Source of the DNA: Pseudomonadota bacterium
Lineage (GTDB): Bacteria; Campylobacterota; Campylobacteria; Campylobacterales; Sulfurimonadaceae
Direction of reading: 5' to 3'
Assembly: GCA_043797085.1 (NCBI GenBank)
Contig: JAZDQA010000012.1
Location: forward strand, 32,001-96,000
DNA length: 64,000 bases
The translations under genes were made by a program, and so were the position numbers. The notes below the pieces were generated by a model. The model was not told the DNA's origin. It saw nothing but the letters and a program-made list of their open reading frames with translations, and made no database searches. Shown in pieces: positions 58,911 through 64,000 of the stretch; position 1 is the stretch's first letter; the number at the start of each line of letters is the position of its first letter.

Positions 58911-60998
58911 ATGAAAAAAAACACGCTATTAATTACAGGATCGTTGATTTTGACGATCCTTTTTTACCTTTTCTGGTGGAAAGCCCCCTTACTCCCCTAT
59001 CTCGATTACAAACTTTACGACCGTTTAACCCACACCCTTCCCTCGTCTCACACTCCCAAATCAACGGTGGTTGTGGAAATCGACGATAAAAGTTTAAAAG
59101 CATTGGGTCAATGGCCGTGGCCTCGAGTTATCACGGCAAAGCTCATCGATACCATTGCGGATTCTACTCCATCGGCTATCGTACTGGATATGGTTTTTTC
59201 TGAAGAGGATCGAACGTCTCCCATTGTACTTCAAAGCTTCTATCACGACGTTTTAGGAATAAAGATAACCATTGACGGACTCCCCAAACCCCTACAAGAC
59301 AACGATGGGGTTTTATCCGATGCCCTACAGCGATCCCCGATGATCTTACCCGTATTTTCTAATACCCAAAGACAAAGCGGTGTATGCCTGCTCCCGAATA
59401 CTGTAACCTACGAAAGTCACCTTCGAGATGCAAAGCTGACTCCATTGGAGCATTTGGTGTGCAGTTTGCCCCGTTTTCAGCAGCGTTCACAGGGAATCGG
59501 GCATATTCATGCAACGGCAGATGGGGATGGGATACTGCGGCGTTTAGCGTTGGTCATGAACCATGAGGATGTATGGATTCCTTCACTGGGTCTGGCGGCT
59601 ACAGCGAATAAAGGAATTTACTTTGATACAGCTTCCCCTTTTTTAGGTGGGATGGCACTAAATCTTAACAGTCATCATTTCTTTGTTGACCACTACAGTA
59701 ATGCTTTGCTCTCCTTTTATCCCTTTGATCGATATGAAAAAATTTCGGCAGTCGATGTATTAAACGGCAGCGTGAACCGTGAGAGATTAAAAGGAAAATA
59801 CGTCTTCATCGGTTCTACGGCTCTTGGTTTGGATAGTATGTATACGATGAGTGACGGTTCGGTTCGTTCGGGTGTCTATATCCATGCGACTATGGTTGAA
59901 AATATTTTGAACGGTGATTTGGGAGTTCAGCCCTCTCTCTACCAACCTCTTAATATTATTCTTTCCTTTATTATTGGCGTATTGCTCTTAATGCAAATGA
60001 TCCGAAAACAGTATCTAAGTGTTGTTATTTCCTATTTTGCCGTCTCTTTATTGGCAGGGATTATCACCGCCCTAGCGTGGCAATATCATCTCTATCTCTC
60101 CATCGGCTACCTCATCATCCCATTATCTGCCTACTTATTTATTTTGGCGTTACTGATGTTTTTTATCGATTATCGCAACAAAAAGAGATTTATTGATGAA
60201 CTCAATCGTTCTGCTTTACAAAAACAGCGATTACAAAGCGCCCTGAGTGCCAGTGAAAGTGAACTAGAATATCAAAAAGCGATGCTGTTTCAGCAATCCA
60301 AACTCGCAGCCATGGGTGAGATGATCGACAATATCGCCCATCAATGGCGGCAACCTCTCAATTTGCTCGGAGTCATTATCCAACATGCCCAATTTGCGTA
60401 TCCAAAAGGGAAAGTGGATGAAAACTATATCCGTAAAATGTCTGAAGATTCGATGGAACAAATTCTTTTTATGTCTCAAACCATTGACGATTTTCGCAAT
60501 TTTGTCAAGCCGGATAGGCAAAATATCCCTTTTGATCTTAACGAACCAATCGAAGAATCGCTTCGTCTTTTATCCGGAATGTTTAACGCCAATTCAATCA
60601 CGATCGAGACAGACTATTCTCATGCGCCGTTGATGGTTATGGGTTCACCCAGTGAGTTTAAACAAGTGATCATCAACCTGCTCCAAAATGCCCGCGATGC
60701 ACTGCAAGAAAACAATCCAACAAATCCTCTCATGCACATTCAGCTGCGTGCGAATCAAACCGATGCCGTGATTACACTCAGAGATAATGGCGGAGGTATT
60801 GCGTCAAATATTATTGATAAAATTTTCGAGCCTTATTTTACGACGAAAGAAAATGGTCACGGGAGCGGAATCGGTTTATACATCTCACATGCGATTATAC
60901 ACACGAAGATGGGAGGAGAAATCATGGCTTCAAATGTCGAGAATGGGACGTTATTTACCATTACTCTTCCCTTAGACTCCCGAGAGGCGATACCCTAA
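58911..60998 (+). CDS. CHASE2-domain sensor histidine kinase
   Basis: IDDKSLKALGQWPWPR, DGILRR, GVYIHA, three TM segments, IAHQWRQPLN, DNGGG, FEPYFTTK, GSGIGL. Confidence 0.93.
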   Translation: MKKNTLLITGSLILTILFYLFWWKAPLLPYLDYKLYDRLTHTLPSSHTPKSTVVVEIDDKSLKALGQWPWPRVITAKLIDTIADSTPSAIVLDMVFSEEDRTSPIVLQSFYHDVLGIKITIDGLPKPLQDNDGVLSDALQRSPMILPVFSNTQRQSGVCLLPNTVTYESHLRDAKLTPLEHLVCSLPRFQQRSQGIGHIHATADGDGILRRLALVMNHEDVWIPSLGLAATANKGIYFDTASPFLGGMALNLNSHHFFVDHYSNALLSFYPFDRYEKISAVDVLNGSVNRERLKGKYVFIGSTALGLDSMYTMSDGSVRSGVYIHATMVENILNGDLGVQPSLYQPLNIILSFIIGVLLLMQMIRKQYLSVVISYFAVSLLAGIITALAWQYHLYLSIGYLIIPLSAYLFILALLMFFIDYRNKKRFIDELNRSALQKQRLQSALSASESELEYQKAMLFQQSKLAAMGEMIDNIAHQWRQPLNLLGVIIQHAQFAYPKGKVDENYIRKMSEDSMEQILFMSQTIDDFRNFVKPDRQNIPFDLNEPIEESLRLLSGMFNANSITIETDYSHAPLMVMGSPSEFKQVIINLLQNARDALQENNPTNPLMHIQLRANQTDAVITLRDNGGGIASNIIDKIFEPYFTTKENGHGSGIGLYISHAIIHTKMGGEIMASNVENGTLFTITLPLDSREAIP

Positions 60999-61709
60999 AC
61001 CATAGATACTCGTGAGGGCATTTTCCGGAAGCTTTTTGCGCAAACGCATCATCATTCCTCTGAGACTTTCAGAACTTATATCGATATCATTAAGAAAAAA
61101 GTGGTTTAGTATGTCATCACTACTGCAGACTTGCTCAAATTTCAATATTAAAACTTTCATTAAATAGATTTCATATTTAGTCAAGGAAATAGCTACCTCA
61201 TCACAAAAAAGCAAATTCTTCTCTTTATCCCAGAAAATGTGTTCATCTAATGCAATAATAGGGGATGGCTTTGTAGGAATTTTAGGTACTGAATTTATTT
61301 TAGAAGAGACCGAATAGAGTGTGTCTAGCATTTGTTGGTATTGAATCGGCTTCGTGATGAACTGAGCCACTCCGAGATTAATCAGTCGAATAAGATATTC
61401 GACTTCAGTATGCGCTGAGATGATAACGATGGGTTGATCTTTACGCAAAGCATACAAATGTGTTGTGAGTTGGACTCCATCCATTCGAGGCATTTGAATA
61501 TCAGAGATCACTAAATCGTAGTAAGTATTTTTTACTTCATGGTGGTGTTTGAATTTTTCAAGAGCATCAACACCATCCGTTGCAAAATCAACACGGTAAA
61601 AATATTCTTCGAGTATTTCAACCGTCCGTATCCGCACTAAAGCATCATCTTCAACAAACAAAACAGACAAGTTTTTCATTTGCTCATACATGTTTTTCAT
61701 ATCAACCAT
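60972..61709 (-). CDS. OmpR-like response regulator
   Basis: VEDD, SDIQMPRMDG, TKP, RLRKKL, GLGYRL. Confidence 0.9.
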   Translation of the reverse strand: MVDMKNMYEQMKNLSVLFVEDDALVRIRTVEILEEYFYRVDFATDGVDALEKFKHHHEVKNTYYDLVISDIQMPRMDGVQLTTHLYALRKDQPIVIISAHTEVEYLIRLINLGVAQFITKPIQYQQMLDTLYSVSSKINSVPKIPTKPSPIIALDEHIFWDKEKNLLFCDEVAISLTKYEIYLMKVLILKFEQVCSSDDILNHFFLNDIDISSESLRGMMMRLRKKLPENALTSIYGLGYRLSGV

Positions 61710-61742
61710 TTCCTCCCCTTTTTTGACAATAATCCATTTTTC

Positions 61743-63854
61743 CTAACTCACCCACAACGTCAAATGATACGCTATATACGCGAGTAAATACGCGACTATC
61801 GTCGTAAAAGCAAAGAGATAGAAAAAATATTTAATCCCTCCTGCTTCGCGGGTGAAGACGACCGATGCCGCCAAACATGGTAAATAGGTCATAATAACAA
61901 CGATAAATGCTACTGCCGAAGCCAACGGTATTTGAGAACTGATCGCTGTGATAAGCGAATGATCCTCTTCGCCGGCATCGCTTCCCAGTGAATACAAAAC
62001 CCCCATCGTCGAAACGACAACCTCTTTGGCCGCTAATCCTGTTTGGAGAGCCACTGCCATTTTCCAATCAAATCCAAGCGGTTCAAATACCGGCTGAATC
62101 GTATGACCGATCACTCCTAGAAAGCTTTGCTCCAGTTGTGCTTCGGCAAGCTTGTTTTCGAGTGTTTTTGCTTCCTCTTGCGAGGTTGCCGCTTCGATTT
62201 TAGTTGCATAAAGTGTATCCAGTGCGCCGTTTTTAGGATACGCACTTAAAAACCATACCAGCATGGACGCAAGTGCGATAAACGTTCCCGCTTTTTTCAC
62301 GTACATCATCGTTTTAATCACGACGGTATGCCAAATCAGCTTCATCGAAGGGAGACGGTATTTGGGCATTTCCATAACGAACGGCTCATCGGCACCTTTG
62401 AAAGCAGTCATTTTGAGCACTTTTGCCGCAACCAACCCGATCATCGCACCGAGAATATAGATCCCGAACAACACATTCCCCGCCATATCAGAACCAAAAA
62501 ATGCCCCCGTAAAAAGAACGTAAACGGGCAATCTTGCACCGCAGCTCATAAACCCGATGACAAAAAGGGTAAGGAGACGGTCACGGTCATTTTTCAAAAT
62601 CCTAGCCGACATATAAGCGGGGATAGAGCACCCGAATCCTGAAACGAGAGGGATAAACGATTGCCCATGGAGACCGAATTTATGGAAAAAACCATCCAGT
62701 AAAAACGCAACACGCGACATATACCCCGTCGATTCAAGCAAGGCAATTCCAACAAATAAAATCACGATATTGGGGACAAAGAGAACAACCGCCCCCACCC
62801 CAGAAATTACCCCATCAACAATCAGAGAGCGGATTTCATCGTTTGAGATTGTCGAACCAATCACTTCTCCGAACCATCCGAAAAACGCATCGATCCAATC
62901 CATCGGAATAGAGCCGATCTCAAAGGTGAGCTGAAACAATCCCCACATAAAAAAGAGAAAAATCGGAATACCCGCAATCGGATGGATAAGGACACTATCA
63001 ATCTTTTCGGTTGTCGTTTTTTTGAGTTGTACTTTTGGTTTGACTTTTACCGCTTCTGCGATAATACCGCGATTAAACGAGAAATACTCTTCCGCCAGTG
63101 CCTCTTTCATGTCATCGGTATCGTGATGGAGCAATACATGCCGATCTGCTTCGATCAGCATTGGTTGCAGCTCCGTCCAAATCGGATTATCATGCAGTAC
63201 CCGATAGGTTTTTTTCTCTTTTTGGAGCAAATTAATGGCAATATTACGGTTACTGATCGATGCTTTAAACTTATGTCGGTTCAGATAATCGGTGATCATA
63301 TCAATCTCTTCTTCGACCGCTTCGCTAAAGATCAATTTTTGCTCTTGAAAATCGGCTTCGTGCGTTTTAATGACAGCATTCATCAACTCTTCAAGTCCGG
63401 TCTTAGCCGCCGCTGATACACGAACACACGGAATTCCTAAAAGCTGAGAAAGGTATGCGGCGTTAATCTCTATCCCCTCTTTGTCTGCTTCATCCGACAT
63501 ATTGAGAGCAAGTACCATTTTTTTGCTCATCGTCATGAGTTCAGCGGTCAGCTGGAGGTTTTTTTCCATATTGGTCGAATCAAGTACATTGATAATCAAA
63601 TCATAATGTTCTTGCGTCAGATAATCGTGTGTTACCCGCTCTTCGATTGAATAATCGGTAAACGCATACGTTCCAGGAAGATCGACAACACTGAATTCAT
63701 AATCGTTATACTCAAACGTGACGACCGTCTTCTCGACCGTCACTCCCGTAAAGTTCCCGACGTGTAAACGGGCATTGCCGATCGAGTTGATGAGCATACT
63801 TTTACCGACATTGGGCTGCCCAACAAGAGCAACGGTGATTTGTTTAGCGGACAT
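61743..63854 (-). CDS. feoB: Ferrous iron transporter B
   Basis: GQPNVGKS, GNFTGVTVEK, DLPG, GFGCSIPA, MSCGARLPVY, FVMEMP. Confidence 0.97.
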   Translation of the reverse strand: MSAKQITVALVGQPNVGKSMLINSIGNARLHVGNFTGVTVEKTVVTFEYNDYEFSVVDLPGTYAFTDYSIEERVTHDYLTQEHYDLIINVLDSTNMEKNLQLTAELMTMSKKMVLALNMSDEADKEGIEINAAYLSQLLGIPCVRVSAAAKTGLEELMNAVIKTHEADFQEQKLIFSEAVEEEIDMITDYLNRHKFKASISNRNIAINLLQKEKKTYRVLHDNPIWTELQPMLIEADRHVLLHHDTDDMKEALAEEYFSFNRGIIAEAVKVKPKVQLKKTTTEKIDSVLIHPIAGIPIFLFFMWGLFQLTFEIGSIPMDWIDAFFGWFGEVIGSTISNDEIRSLIVDGVISGVGAVVLFVPNIVILFVGIALLESTGYMSRVAFLLDGFFHKFGLHGQSFIPLVSGFGCSIPAYMSARILKNDRDRLLTLFVIGFMSCGARLPVYVLFTGAFFGSDMAGNVLFGIYILGAMIGLVAAKVLKMTAFKGADEPFVMEMPKYRLPSMKLIWHTVVIKTMMYVKKAGTFIALASMLVWFLSAYPKNGALDTLYATKIEAATSQEEAKTLENKLAEAQLEQSFLGVIGHTIQPVFEPLGFDWKMAVALQTGLAAKEVVVSTMGVLYSLGSDAGEEDHSLITAISSQIPLASAVAFIVVIMTYLPCLAASVVFTREAGGIKYFFYLFAFTTIVAYLLAYIAYHLTLWVS

Positions 63855-64000
63855 CGGATACCTCGATCAGTTCAGCTTCTTCACGACGCAGTGCAATACT
63901 GACATTGCCTATTTTTACTTCAAAGGTACTTTTAGTCATTCCGCATTCAAGCATCACGACTTCAGCACCTTTCATCAATCCAAAGGATATGAGCCGTTGT
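63844..64000 (-). CDS. feoA: Ferrous iron transport protein A, C-terminal part (runs off window end)
   Basis: Manual translation QRLISFGLMKGAEV..SIALRREEAELIEVSDVR, overlapping the feoB start. Confidence 0.92.
   Translation of the reverse strand, partial: QRLISFGLMKGAEVVMLECGMTKSTFEVKIGNVSIALRREEAELIEVSDVR

Overview
A 64 kb chromosomal window from a free-living, probably sulfur-oxidising Campylobacterota (Epsilonproteobacteria) organism. The assignment to a Sulfuricurvum/Sulfurimonas-like lineage is inferred from hobA, cheV-cheA-cheW, tatB-tatC-queA, sorAB and PEB4. Most of it is housekeeping: hisD, aroK, fbaA, nth, cmoA, pyk, hup, motAB, folP-holB-hobA-lysC-rppH, ilvC, the rpmH-rnpA-yidD-yidC-jag-mnmE cluster, clpB, the che genes, argC, greA, surE and feoAB. 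I found no rRNA, tRNA, CRISPR array, transposase or prophage. The most interesting signals are: (1) a stand-alone class III nucleotidyl-cyclase-like gene with a non-canonical base-selecting residue, bracketed by two CRP-type TGTGA-N6-TCACA boxes and followed by an XRE regulator, HU and a degenerate NERD-helicase; (2) a 154 bp MITE-like element with long terminal inverted repeats and a TAAAA target duplication between cmoA and pyk; (3) a Tat-exported HiPIP gene flanked by inverted copies of a modular REP-like repeat, one module of which recurs in the clpB leader; (4) a small protein resembling an isolated all-alpha domain of DotL/IcmO/TrbC coupling proteins, overlapping a second unknown gene; (5) several periplasmic redox and sensing modules. 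All protein calls rest on motif recognition from memory; no searches were run.
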